The notes beneath the pieces were generated by a model that worked only from the letters and a program-made list of their open reading frames with translations, ran no database searches and was not told the DNA's origin. Below, piece by piece: positions 31,818-41,006 of a stretch of DNA of 64,000 nt. A program made the position numbers and the translations under genes. This DNA comes from Candidatus Multivoradales bacterium (GTDB taxonomy: Bacteria; Acidobacteriota; Thermoanaerobaculia; Multivoradales; Multivoraceae): contig CBDCWI010000001.1 in assembly GCA_965223325.1 (NCBI GenBank), forward strand, positions 1,664,001 to 1,728,000. Direction: 5' to 3'. The first letter of the stretch is position 1; every line of letters begins with the position of its first letter.

Positions 31818-32693
31818 TCAGAGCGCGAGTTCGGCCGGCAGGTAGCGACTCATCAGGTCTTCGTAGTACGGCCTCAGCTCGCCGACATCAGGCGGGCTGG
31901 GGCTTTTCGAGTAGAGGTCGTAGGGGTTGAAGCGCTTGACCCACTCGAACATCTCGCGATCATGATCGTTCAGGAGATCGTCGTAGGCACCCTCTCGATG
32001 ACAGGCGTAGAACGAGTGGTAACGCACCATGTAGAGGGCCGGCTCTGGTAGATAGTCCTTGACCACCTGGTAGAGATACTCGTCGTGACCCCACGACATG
32101 TGCACCGCGTCGAGGCCGCAACCCCGCTCGTAGATTCCGAGCTCGCTGGAGTACTCCGGGTTCGACGCATCGGGGTTGGCGGCGAAGAACTCCGGGTAGA
32201 CAATCGCCTCGGAGAACGCACAACCCACTGGGAACGTATCGCCGACGACCGCCCACTGCGGCTCGCCCCACAGGCAGAGCACCTTGCCGAGATCGTGCAG
32301 GAAGCCAGTGAGGATGAACCACTCCGGGTGGCCATCGGCGCGGATCGCTTCGGCGGTCTGCAGCAGATGCTGAAGCTGTGAGAGGTCGATGTCGGGATCG
32401 GAGTCGTCGACCAGCGTGTCGAGGTACTCGAGCGCCTGCCAGGGCGTCATGCGCTGGCGGTCGAGCGTTCCGAACTCCGCCTTCTTGGCGAGCACGAAGT
32501 CGAGCGTCTGGTGTTGGTGGTTGAGGCGGTAGAACTCCTCCACCGTGTCGCGCGCTGGGTCGTCGTAGTTGCGGTAGTCCTCGCGCGCCTTGGCGGCTAC
32601 ACCGTTCGCTTCCGGATAGACGTGCTCGACGAAGTCTTCCCAGTCGTCGAGAGAGGCGAGAGGTTGCGCTTCGGGGTCTTGAGCTTGGTTCAC
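31818..32693 (-). CDS. Myo-inositol oxygenase (MIOX family, HD diiron)
   Basis: [46 protein letters not shown]. Confidence 0.93.
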   Translation of the reverse strand: MNQAQDPEAQPLASLDDWEDFVEHVYPEANGVAAKAREDYRNYDDPARDTVEEFYRLNHQHQTLDFVLAKKAEFGTLDRQRMTPWQALEYLDTLVDDSDPDIDLSQLQHLLQTAEAIRADGHPEWFILTGFLHDLGKVLCLWGEPQWAVVGDTFPVGCAFSEAIVYPEFFAANPDASNPEYSSELGIYERGCGLDAVHMSWGHDEYLYQVVKDYLPEPALYMVRYHSFYACHREGAYDDLLNDHDREMFEWVKRFNPYDLYSKSPSPPDVGELRPYYEDLMSRYLPAELAL

Positions 32694-32765
32694 GTTGGGA
32701 TTGCTCCGGGTCAGGTACCTGGGTTACTCCCATTCTAGGCGCCGCCGGCACTGACTCCCCGCCGC

Positions 32766-33902
32766 CTACTGGGCGATACAGGTCTCGGCAGTTTCCTGGG
32801 TGCAGACATCGAGGCCGGTCAGGATCGGGTCGGGGACGTCGAGCGGCTCCCCGGCCGCCTCGGCCGCCAGCACCTCGGCCAGCAGATGCATGGCGCGATA
32901 GCCCATCTCGTAGGGGCGCTGGCCAACTTGACCGTGGCTGAGCCCCTCCCGCAGGAGGGCCATCTGCATCGGCAGGGTGTCGGTCACCAGAACATGAATG
33001 TCACCGGATTCAAGGCGCTCCCGGTGCACCTGGACCGCCTGACGGTAGGCCTGGTCGACGAACTGCGGAAAGCCGCCGGTGGCGACAAAGGCAGCGAGAC
33101 CGTCGATCGAGGCGAGGGCGTCGGTCATCTGTTGAACGGCGAGGGGAAAATCGTCGTTGGAATACAACGGACACGCCGGCGCTTCGATCCAACCGTTGAC
33201 GCCCTCGAGGCGGTCTCCCGGAGGAGCCTCCGATGGCACGCCGCTCAAGGTGTCGCGCAGACCCTGCATGCGCTCGTTGTGGTTCTGAGCCGCTGCACCG
33301 CCAGACTGGATGCAAAGGGTGCCGGCGGCCGGCCGAAGAGTCTGTAGGAGCCGGCCGAGCTCGACACCAATCTCACGGTTGTCGGTGCCGATGTAGGTCA
33401 GACGCAGATGCTGGTCTTCGGCAAGAAGATCCGAATCCCAGGTGATCACCGGGATACCTGCCTGCGCAGCCCGCCCGAGCACCGAAGCCATCGCCGGCGC
33501 GTTCGACGGTGCGATCGCCAGAGCGTCGACGCCGCGCGTGATGAGGTCCTGGACAATCTGAATCTGCTCCGCCTCGGTGGCCTCACCCGGGCCGATGTAT
33601 TCACAACGGGTGTGCTCGAGCTCGGCCTCGGCCGCTTTGCAGCCGTCGCGCGCCTGGTCGAAGAACGGGTTGTTCATCGCCTTGGGGACGACCGCAATGG
33701 TGATCATCTCGGCGCTCTCGGGCTCTCCTCCCTGGCAGCTTGCGAGGAGGAGCACAGAAAGGACAGGGGACGCTAGCGCAACCAGAGCACGGGCCGGCGC
33801 AATCAAACAGGGGCGGGCGATCAAATCGAAGCTCTCCTTCTTTCTTTCTCTCTCTCTCGTCTCTGGCGCCGACTCTAGCGCTCCGCCTTCAGGCCTCTTC
33901 AC
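32766..33902 (-). CDS. Sugar ABC substrate-binding lipoprotein (RbsB type); start uncertain
   Basis: LLASC lipobox, PKAMNNPFF, YIGTDN, QRPYEMG. Confidence 0.88.
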   Translation of the reverse strand: MKRPEGGALESAPETRERERKKESFDLIARPCLIAPARALVALASPVLSVLLLASCQGGEPESAEMITIAVVPKAMNNPFFDQARDGCKAAEAELEHTRCEYIGPGEATEAEQIQIVQDLITRGVDALAIAPSNAPAMASVLGRAAQAGIPVITWDSDLLAEDQHLRLTYIGTDNREIGVELGRLLQTLRPAAGTLCIQSGGAAAQNHNERMQGLRDTLSGVPSEAPPGDRLEGVNGWIEAPACPLYSNDDFPLAVQQMTDALASIDGLAAFVATGGFPQFVDQAYRQAVQVHRERLESGDIHVLVTDTLPMQMALLREGLSHGQVGQRPYEMGYRAMHLLAEVLAAEAAGEPLDVPDPILTGLDVCTQETAETCIAQ

Positions 33903-34833
33903 CGCGGTGCCGAAAGCGCTCGAGCACCACGGCAAGAATAATGAACCCGCCAACGAAGGCTCCCTGCCAGTAGGGGTCGACGCCGAGCAACAGGAGGGCA
34001 TTGCGGATGAGTTCGATCAGAGCCGCACCCAGAACCGCACCGAGCGCTCCGCCTTCACCACCCATCAGGTTGGCGCCACCGAGAACCGAAGCCGCGATGA
34101 CCCGCAGTTCATAGCCCTGGCCGAGGGCATTGGTGACCGCACCCAGCCAACCCACCATCAAGACCGCCGAGACGCCAGCGAGAAAGCTCGACAACACGTA
34201 GGCCAGCGTCTTGACCCTCGCGACCGGCACACCGGTGCGCACGGCTGCCTCTTCGTTACCACCGATGGCATAGAGGTAACGACCCCAACGGGTCGCCCGC
34301 AAGAGGAACACGACGATGGCAACCGCTGCCACCAGGATCCAGACCGGGTTTGCCAGGCCGAGAGTCGAGCCGCCGCCGAGAGCCAGAAAGCGCTCCTCGT
34401 CGGGCCCGAGGTCGTGGAACATACGGTTGTTCGACACCACGAGAGCAAGCGAGCGGGCAATCGAAAGCATGCCGAGAGTGACCACGAAAGGCGACAGTCG
34501 CAAATAGGCGATCAAGACTCCGTTGGCCAGCCCACAGAGAAGCGCCACTCCAAGGCCCGCTAGAACACCGGCCTCCATACCGCCACCCGAAGCCAGAACG
34601 AGCCCGGTGGTCACACCTGAGAGACCCATCACAGAACCCACCGAAAGGTCGATGCCGGCCGTCAGGATGACCGCGGTCTGCCCGAGCGCCGCGATGGCTA
34701 CAAAGGCGAAGTTGCGGCTGAGGTTGAAGAGGTTGCCGCCGGTGGCAAAGCTCTCGGTCGAGAACGTCATGAACAACGAAAGCAAAAGAGCCGCCAGCGC
34801 GATCCAGAACGGCTGGGTCATGCGGGCGGCCAT
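33889..34833 (-). CDS. Sugar ABC permease (RbsC type)
   Basis: GIDLSVG, PFVVTLG, AIGGNEEAA, YELRVIAA. Confidence 0.92.
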   Translation of the reverse strand: MAARMTQPFWIALAALLLSLFMTFSTESFATGGNLFNLSRNFAFVAIAALGQTAVILTAGIDLSVGSVMGLSGVTTGLVLASGGGMEAGVLAGLGVALLCGLANGVLIAYLRLSPFVVTLGMLSIARSLALVVSNNRMFHDLGPDEERFLALGGGSTLGLANPVWILVAAVAIVVFLLRATRWGRYLYAIGGNEEAAVRTGVPVARVKTLAYVLSSFLAGVSAVLMVGWLGAVTNALGQGYELRVIAASVLGGANLMGGEGGALGAVLGAALIELIRNALLLLGVDPYWQGAFVGGFIILAVVLERFRHRGEEA

Positions 34834-34856
34834 GGTTGGCCGTGCTATTTCACCAC

Positions 34857-35606
34857 TCAAGGCGAGCCCTCTCCGCGAATCGCACCGGTGATCAAACCGG
34901 TGATCTCTTCGGGCGTTGTGCTGGCCGTCTCGAGGTCGGCGACCTTCTCCCCGCGCCTGAGCACCACCAGTCGATCGCAGGTGCTGAACACGTCCGGCAT
35001 CCGGTGGCTGACCAACAACACCGCCACTCCCCGCTCCTTGAGCCGACGAATGAGCGCCAGCACCTCGGCGACCTGTTTGACGCTGATCGCCGCCGTTGGT
35101 TCGTCGAACAAGACGATCCGTGCATCGGCCAGCCGGGTGCGGGCAATGGCCACTGCCTGGCGCTGACCACCCGACAGATTGGCCACCAGATCGTCGGGTC
35201 GGGCATCCGAGCCCAGCTCGTCGAGGAGCGTGTGCGCACGGTGACGCATCGCTGCGCGGTCCAGGACCCGGAAAGGACCCACACCGCGCAACGCCTCGCG
35301 ACCGAGGAAGAGATTCTCCGTGGCGGTCAGATTCGGACACAGCGCCAGGTCCTGGTAGACGACCTCGATGCCAGCGGCGCGTGCGTCGGTCGCTCGACGA
35401 AAGCGCTGTTTCTGCCCAGCCAACCGAATTGCGCCGGCCGTCGGCCGAAGATTCCCAGCGACCAGCTTCAGAAGCGTCGACTTGCCCGCGCCGTTGTCAC
35501 CGAGTAGACCCACCGCCTCGCCCGCGTCGACCGTGAGGTCAACGCCGGCCAGCGCCCGCACGCCACCGAAGTCGCGGTACAGGTCAGAGATTTCGAGCAG
35601 GGACAC
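34857..35606 (-). CDS. Sugar ABC ATP-binding protein (single NBD)
   Basis: GDNGAGKST, LSGGQRQ, FDEPT. Confidence 0.93.
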   Translation of the reverse strand: MSLLEISDLYRDFGGVRALAGVDLTVDAGEAVGLLGDNGAGKSTLLKLVAGNLRPTAGAIRLAGQKQRFRRATDARAAGIEVVYQDLALCPNLTATENLFLGREALRGVGPFRVLDRAAMRHRAHTLLDELGSDARPDDLVANLSGGQRQAVAIARTRLADARIVLFDEPTAAISVKQVAEVLALIRRLKERGVAVLLVSHRMPDVFSTCDRLVVLRRGEKVADLETASTTPEEITGLITGAIRGEGSP

Positions 35607-35726
35607 CTCGCCAGCCTACCGCCCTCCTTGGTGGCACCCGGCAGGGCTCGACCCGGTGGGCGGCAGGCGCGATAAGCTTGAGGGAGTACCTGCCCCATGC
35701 ACTACCGATACGAACGAGGACACCCC

Positions 35727-36794
35727 ATGATCCGCCTCCTCTTGATCGCCAGTCTCTTGCTGCCGGCCGCGACCTCTAGCGCGCTCGCTTCCGAGGGCGA
35801 CATCCCGCGTACACCCTCCGGCCACCCCGACCTGAGCGGCACCTACAACATCGCCACCCTGACGCCAATGCAGCGGCCGAGAGAGTTCGGCGACAACCTC
35901 TACCTGACCCCCGAACAGGCCGAGGCGATCATCGAGGAGGAGCGCGCCCAGATCGCCAAGGGCGCCGCTCCGAGTGACCCCGACCGCGGCGCCCCGAGCG
36001 AGGGTGGCGCCGCACCGGTGGGCCTCGACGAGTCACAGCGCGAAAATCTCGGCGCCGGCAACGTCGGCGGCTACAACAACTTCTGGATCGATCGGGGCGA
36101 CTCGGTGGTCGAGATCGACGGCAAGTTCCGCACCTCGATCATCAGCGAGCCATCCAACGGTCGCTACCCACCGCTCACCCCGGGCGCAATGCAGAAGCTC
36201 GCCGGTCTACGCGATCTCTTCCGGCCCAACGACGGTACCGCCTACTGGGCCGACTGGGATCGCCCCGGCCCCTACGACAACATGGAGCAGCGCCCCCTGG
36301 CGGAGCGTTGCCTGACGAGCTTCGCCTCCACCGTTCCGGCGAGCCCGGCGCTCTACAACAACTACAAGCGCATCATCCAGACCGAAGACCGTGTGCTGAT
36401 CCTCAACGAGATGGTCCACGACGCGCGGGTCGTGCGAATGAACGCGGAACACCTTCCCGACGACGTCCGTCTGTGGCTGGGCGACTCGATCGGCTGGTGG
36501 GAAGGCGACACCCTGGTGGTCGATACCACCAACTTCCGCGACGAGCCCGGCAGCTTCGGCAGCCTCTCCCCAACCCTGCACGTGGTCGAGCGCTTCACGC
36601 GTCGCGACGCGGACTCACTGCTCTACGAGTTCGAGGTCTCCGACCCGGAGCGGTTTCAGACGTCCTACAAGGGCGACTACATCTGGCCGGCCGCCGATGG
36701 CCAGGTCTACGAGTATGCCTGCCACGAGGGCAACCATGCGCTCGGTGGCATCATGCGCGGCGCGCGGGTTCTCGAGGCCGACGCCGCGAAGTAG
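35727..36794 (+). CDS. Conserved secreted hypothetical protein
   Basis: GAGGA RBS, signal peptide, GHPDLSG, WLGDSIGWWEGDTLVVDT, YEYACHEGN. Confidence 0.85.
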   Translation: MIRLLLIASLLLPAATSSALASEGDIPRTPSGHPDLSGTYNIATLTPMQRPREFGDNLYLTPEQAEAIIEEERAQIAKGAAPSDPDRGAPSEGGAAPVGLDESQRENLGAGNVGGYNNFWIDRGDSVVEIDGKFRTSIISEPSNGRYPPLTPGAMQKLAGLRDLFRPNDGTAYWADWDRPGPYDNMEQRPLAERCLTSFASTVPASPALYNNYKRIIQTEDRVLILNEMVHDARVVRMNAEHLPDDVRLWLGDSIGWWEGDTLVVDTTNFRDEPGSFGSLSPTLHVVERFTRRDADSLLYEFEVSDPERFQTSYKGDYIWPAADGQVYEYACHEGNHALGGIMRGARVLEADAAK

Positions 36795-36831
36795 CCGCAG
36801 TAGCTCTGCGAGACCGCACCTCGACGCCGGG

Positions 36832-38274
36832 TCACTCGATGTAGCCGAGAGCGCGAAGTTCATCACGGTCGGCCTCGTCGAGGTCGACCCTTTCGCGCTC
36901 ACCGCTCGGGGACAACGGCTTACGGTCGCGCAGCAGCGCCTCGTCTGCCAGGCGGTTGATGTCTGGCCGTTGTTCCGCCAGCGAGTTCGACTCGGTGACG
37001 TCAATCGACGTCAGGTAAAGCTCGCCTTGCCGCGGCGCAGGAAAACGCAGCCGGTGCCAGAGCTCGCGCCCCTGGTAGTACGTCGACCAGCTCCCAGAGC
37101 CGTCGGTGGCGTGTGCAAAGCGAGCTTCGGATACTCCGGCGCGACGGCTCTCTGCGAGCAAACTGGAGAAACCGCGCGTCGCCGCGAGGCCTTCCATGGG
37201 CACTCCAGCGAGGGCCGCAAGAGTCGGTGCAAGGCCAACGATCTCTACCAACGTGGGTTCCCGTCGCGATGAAACATCGGGATGGAGAACGAGAAGTGGG
37301 ACGTGCAGGATCTCGTCGTAGAGCTGGTGATGGTTGAGGCTGCCGTGATCCATGAACTCCTCACCGTGGTCTGACGTGACGACGACCACCGAGTCCTCCA
37401 GAACTCCGCGCGCATCGAGCTCGGCGAAGAAGCCTTCGAGCACCGAATCGAGCGAGCGGATCTCGGCGTCGTAGAGCGCCACCAGCCAGCGACGGACGTT
37501 GTCTGGGATCTGCCGATCTTCTTCCTGCGCGCGGCGCAGCTCGGGGCCAGTCGGCGGAAAGGCGTCGGGCGGCGCGGGCCCTTCCCAGAACATCTCGAGC
37601 CACTCCGGCTCGGGAACGTAGGGAGCGTGCACGGCATAGGTGTGCAGGAAGAGAAAGAAGGGCTCGTCGGCCGCCAGGCCGTCGAGAAAACGCAGGCCAC
37701 GGTCGAAGGTCTTTTTGACCTGGTTTCGGCCCTGGCGATCGCGCGAATCGAAGTCATCGAAGCCACGCCTGAAACCGTAGCGACCTCGCATGTAGCCACC
37801 CTCGGTGTAGCCGGCGGTGCGAAAGCCACCGCGCTTCAAAACCTCGGCGAGAAGCGGTGTGTCTTCGGCCAGCTTCCCGTCGGGCGGAAAGACCCCGTGC
37901 TCCCAGGGGAAGAAGCCCGTCAGCATGCTCACGTGGGAGGTCAAGGTACTCGGAAACTGCACCACAGCGCGATCGAACACCACTGCCCGCTCCGCCAGCC
38001 GATCGAGAAACGGGCTGGTGTCTCTGCTGTAACCGTAGAGACCGAGGTGGTCGGCACGCAGCGTGTCGAGCGAGATGAGAACCAACCCGCGCACCGGCTC
38101 GAGTCGAGCCACGGGTTCGCCACGCGCTGTGGCCTCCGAAACGGCCCCAGGAGGCGCCTCGGCATCGCCAGCGCAGCCACAGATCACGACGCAGATCACG
38201 ACGCCAAGGGCCAGTGACAGAGCGCCACTAGAACCGGCGGACCGGTACCTGCGCTTGGGTCTAGGAGCTGTCAT
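36832..38274 (-). CDS. Sulfatase-like hydrolase/transferase (alkaline phosphatase superfamily)
   Basis: DTLRADH, TLTSHVSMLTG, HAPY, SDHGEEF, LRALGY. Confidence 0.88.
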   Translation of the reverse strand: MTAPRPKRRYRSAGSSGALSLALGVVICVVICGCAGDAEAPPGAVSEATARGEPVARLEPVRGLVLISLDTLRADHLGLYGYSRDTSPFLDRLAERAVVFDRAVVQFPSTLTSHVSMLTGFFPWEHGVFPPDGKLAEDTPLLAEVLKRGGFRTAGYTEGGYMRGRYGFRRGFDDFDSRDRQGRNQVKKTFDRGLRFLDGLAADEPFFLFLHTYAVHAPYVPEPEWLEMFWEGPAPPDAFPPTGPELRRAQEEDRQIPDNVRRWLVALYDAEIRSLDSVLEGFFAELDARGVLEDSVVVVTSDHGEEFMDHGSLNHHQLYDEILHVPLLVLHPDVSSRREPTLVEIVGLAPTLAALAGVPMEGLAATRGFSSLLAESRRAGVSEARFAHATDGSGSWSTYYQGRELWHRLRFPAPRQGELYLTSIDVTESNSLAEQRPDINRLADEALLRDRKPLSPSGERERVDLDEADRDELRALGYIE

Positions 38275-38496
38275 CAGAGGCCTTTCGGTCGGCAGATCGG
38301 AGGGGTCGAGGTCAGAAGTGTCACATGTCCGACCACCCCTTGTCCTCGGTTTCTCAGCCGAGCGGTGAAACATTTCTCCGCCCTTCCGGAAGGAGTTCCA
38401 AGAAGCCGACCCAGCAACCATTGCCAAGGATCGACCCATGACCCCCTCATCCACGCCGACCGGGCACGTGCTCCACCCTGGAGCAACGTCGTGAGC

Positions 38497-40542
38497 ATGT
38501 GGACGGGCGGGGCGCTCGGGTTCGGCAACTGGATGGCCAGTCTGGGCGGCGCAGGCGATCTCGACGCCACGGACCGGGGTTCCGACCCCAGCGTGGACTC
38601 CGGAGGCAGCTTCGGTTTGTTCGGCGACGGCTATCAACGCGCCGAAAGCGGCGGCCTCTTCGACCCTCCTGGTCAGCTCAGCGAGCAAGAGCCAGAAGCG
38701 GCCTTCGACCTGGGGCTCGACGAGAGTCGGCTCTTCGACCTTGACCTCGATCAGGGCGGCGACTGGTGGCTGGACGAACCCTCCGACCTCGGCAACGACC
38801 CCTGGTGGAGCGCGGGCGACGAGGAAACCGAGTTCGATCTCGGCCTCGACGAGTCGTGGACGAACAGCATCCTCAGCCCCGGCGCGCCCGACGAAGAGCG
38901 CCTCTTCGATCTCGGCCTCGAAGACTTCTGGCTCCCCGACTCCTGGCAGTCGTCGGAAGGAGCCGAGCCCGACGACGCCTTCGATCGCCTGGAACCCCTA
39001 CCAGAGAGCCCCGGCTACACCATGACCGCCAGACCAGGCGACACGCTGTGGGACATGGCGCAGCAACTCGGCGTTGAACTGCGCCTTCTGACCGAGACCA
39101 ACCCTCACCTGGCGGACGGCAACCTGCGACCGGGCGACAAGGTCATCGTGCCCACCGCGCTCTACATCGACACCACCTCGGTCGTTGGTGCGGACCCACA
39201 GCGACTCGCCCAGGAAGATGCTTTCCAACGTCAGCAGCACATCGACCAGGTCACGAGGGCCATCAACAAGACCCTCGACGCCAACCTGTCGATCGGAACG
39301 CGCTCGGCCCGGCTCCTTCAGCAGGTTCACGACGCCGGAGCGGGCAACGGCCAAGCGCTCCTCGAAGCGCTGGGCCCCGAGGGTCAAGATCGGTTGATGC
39401 GGGCGTTTCGTGCCGCCGACCGCGACCTCGTGCAGGAACGCATTCATGCCCTCGACGGTGGAACGATCGACTTCACCGAACCGGCCGTCGAACAACTCTT
39501 CTACGGCCTCTTCGAAGGTCTCACTGAGGGAGCAGTCGACTCCGTCGAGTTCGCCAAGGCACTCTTTCGCGGCCGCACCTACAAGGAACTCGGCGCCTTC
39601 GGCTGGAAGGTCTTCCAGGCAACGAACCCCGCCGTTCGCACCCTGAATCCCGAAGCCCACTACGCCGCCCAGGCCGACCTACTCCTCATGGCCGACGGCG
39701 CCTGGTCGGCCTTTCGCGACCAATGGAAAGAGGCCAGGGAGACGGGCACCGAGACTCGCTTCATCGCCGAGATAGCCGGCAAAGGGACCTTCGAGCTCCT
39801 CCTCACCCGCGGAGCCGGTGCAGCCGCAGCAGGCACAAAGCGGACGATCGAAATCGGCCTCGGCGCCGGCCTCCCGCCGCGCCTCGCCACCAGGCTCGGC
39901 CAGACCGCAGCTCTGCTCGACGACGCCCAGGTCGAACGGCTCGGTGAGATCCTCGAGAACGCCACCCCGGAAGACATCGCGCGCATGAAGAACGGCGACT
40001 TGACCGAGGCCCTGGCCGTCAACCCGGACATTCTCGAAGCCTGGTCGGAAGTCCTCATCGCACAGGGACTTCGCCACTCCACCAACGCCTCGACCTGGGC
40101 CGCAATGGTCGAAGGCCTACAGCGCTCCGGGACCGGCTCGAGGCTCGGCACCCCGGAGACCCGCCACCAGGTCGACGCCTACCGCAACGGCAGGATGGTC
40201 GCGGATCTGGCGACAATGGCGACCAAGAACCCCAACGCCCGCACGATCGTGCTCGGCAAGTTCAACGAAGGCGGCGTCTCCTACGCGCAAGTCGCGAGAG
40301 ATCTCGAACTGACCTACTTCGAGCTCGACCCCTGGACCCGGGTCGCTGGTAGTTTGGGAGACGACGCGATGTGGGAGATCAACAAGGCTTTTCTCAAACA
40401 GCAGCTTGCTCAGGGGAAGGGCATTGTCTTGACGCACGACCCCTGGAAAGCGACCGGCTACTTCAAACGGGAGGTAAGACACCTACTGAGGGCCGGCTAC
40501 ACGTTCACCAGAGTTGGATCCGAATGGAGGGCCGTCAGATGA
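38497..40542 (+). CDS. LysM-containing protein with putative C-terminal toxin domain; start uncertain (38365-38533)
   Basis: Acidic FDLGLDE repeats, LysM (PGDTLWDMAQQLGV..NPHL..LRPGDKVIVP), helical linker, compact C-terminal domain. Confidence 0.7.
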   Translation: MWTGGALGFGNWMASLGGAGDLDATDRGSDPSVDSGGSFGLFGDGYQRAESGGLFDPPGQLSEQEPEAAFDLGLDESRLFDLDLDQGGDWWLDEPSDLGNDPWWSAGDEETEFDLGLDESWTNSILSPGAPDEERLFDLGLEDFWLPDSWQSSEGAEPDDAFDRLEPLPESPGYTMTARPGDTLWDMAQQLGVELRLLTETNPHLADGNLRPGDKVIVPTALYIDTTSVVGADPQRLAQEDAFQRQQHIDQVTRAINKTLDANLSIGTRSARLLQQVHDAGAGNGQALLEALGPEGQDRLMRAFRAADRDLVQERIHALDGGTIDFTEPAVEQLFYGLFEGLTEGAVDSVEFAKALFRGRTYKELGAFGWKVFQATNPAVRTLNPEAHYAAQADLLLMADGAWSAFRDQWKEARETGTETRFIAEIAGKGTFELLLTRGAGAAAAGTKRTIEIGLGAGLPPRLATRLGQTAALLDDAQVERLGEILENATPEDIARMKNGDLTEALAVNPDILEAWSEVLIAQGLRHSTNASTWAAMVEGLQRSGTGSRLGTPETRHQVDAYRNGRMVADLATMATKNPNARTIVLGKFNEGGVSYAQVARDLELTYFELDPWTRVAGSLGDDAMWEINKAFLKQQLAQGKGIVLTHDPWKATGYFKREVRHLLRAGYTFTRVGSEWRAVR

Positions 40543-40907
40543 CCAACGAGGACCTGGAAGCCGCTCTCAAGCGGGCCGATGCGGCTGACCGACATGACTA
40601 CCGCGGCCTTCGCGAAGTCACGGACAACGTTCACCAGAGCTTCAAAGGACGAGGCGGCTTCTTCAAGATCAACCCTTTCGTCCATGAAGACGATGAATTC
40701 CATGTCTTCGTCTTCTTCAACCTCGACCGCAACATCGAGGCCGCACACGAAAGCGGCCTGCTCGCCGAAATCGAAGACGCAATCTACGAAGAGCTCGAGA
40801 AAGTCGGTCGCGGGACACGTGACGAGATCTCGGTCCAACTCGAAGTCGACTCGGACGAGAACGTCCAACGGAACTACAACGGCTCCTACTTCAATCGTCT
40901 ACGCTAG
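40539..40907 (+). CDS. Putative immunity protein (122 aa, acidic)
   Basis: ATGA overlap with the upstream stop; MTNEDL...DSDENVQRNYNGSYFNRLR. Confidence 0.6.
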   Translation: MTNEDLEAALKRADAADRHDYRGLREVTDNVHQSFKGRGGFFKINPFVHEDDEFHVFVFFNLDRNIEAAHESGLLAEIEDAIYEELEKVGRGTRDEISVQLEVDSDENVQRNYNGSYFNRLR

Positions 40908-41006
40908 CGCTCACCCAGCGGGAGCGTCTGGTCGATCTCGAACTCGACGATCTCGACGAGAAGACCACCGCCCCAACCGGCCCCACCCCAATCGCCTACG
41001 CCACCC

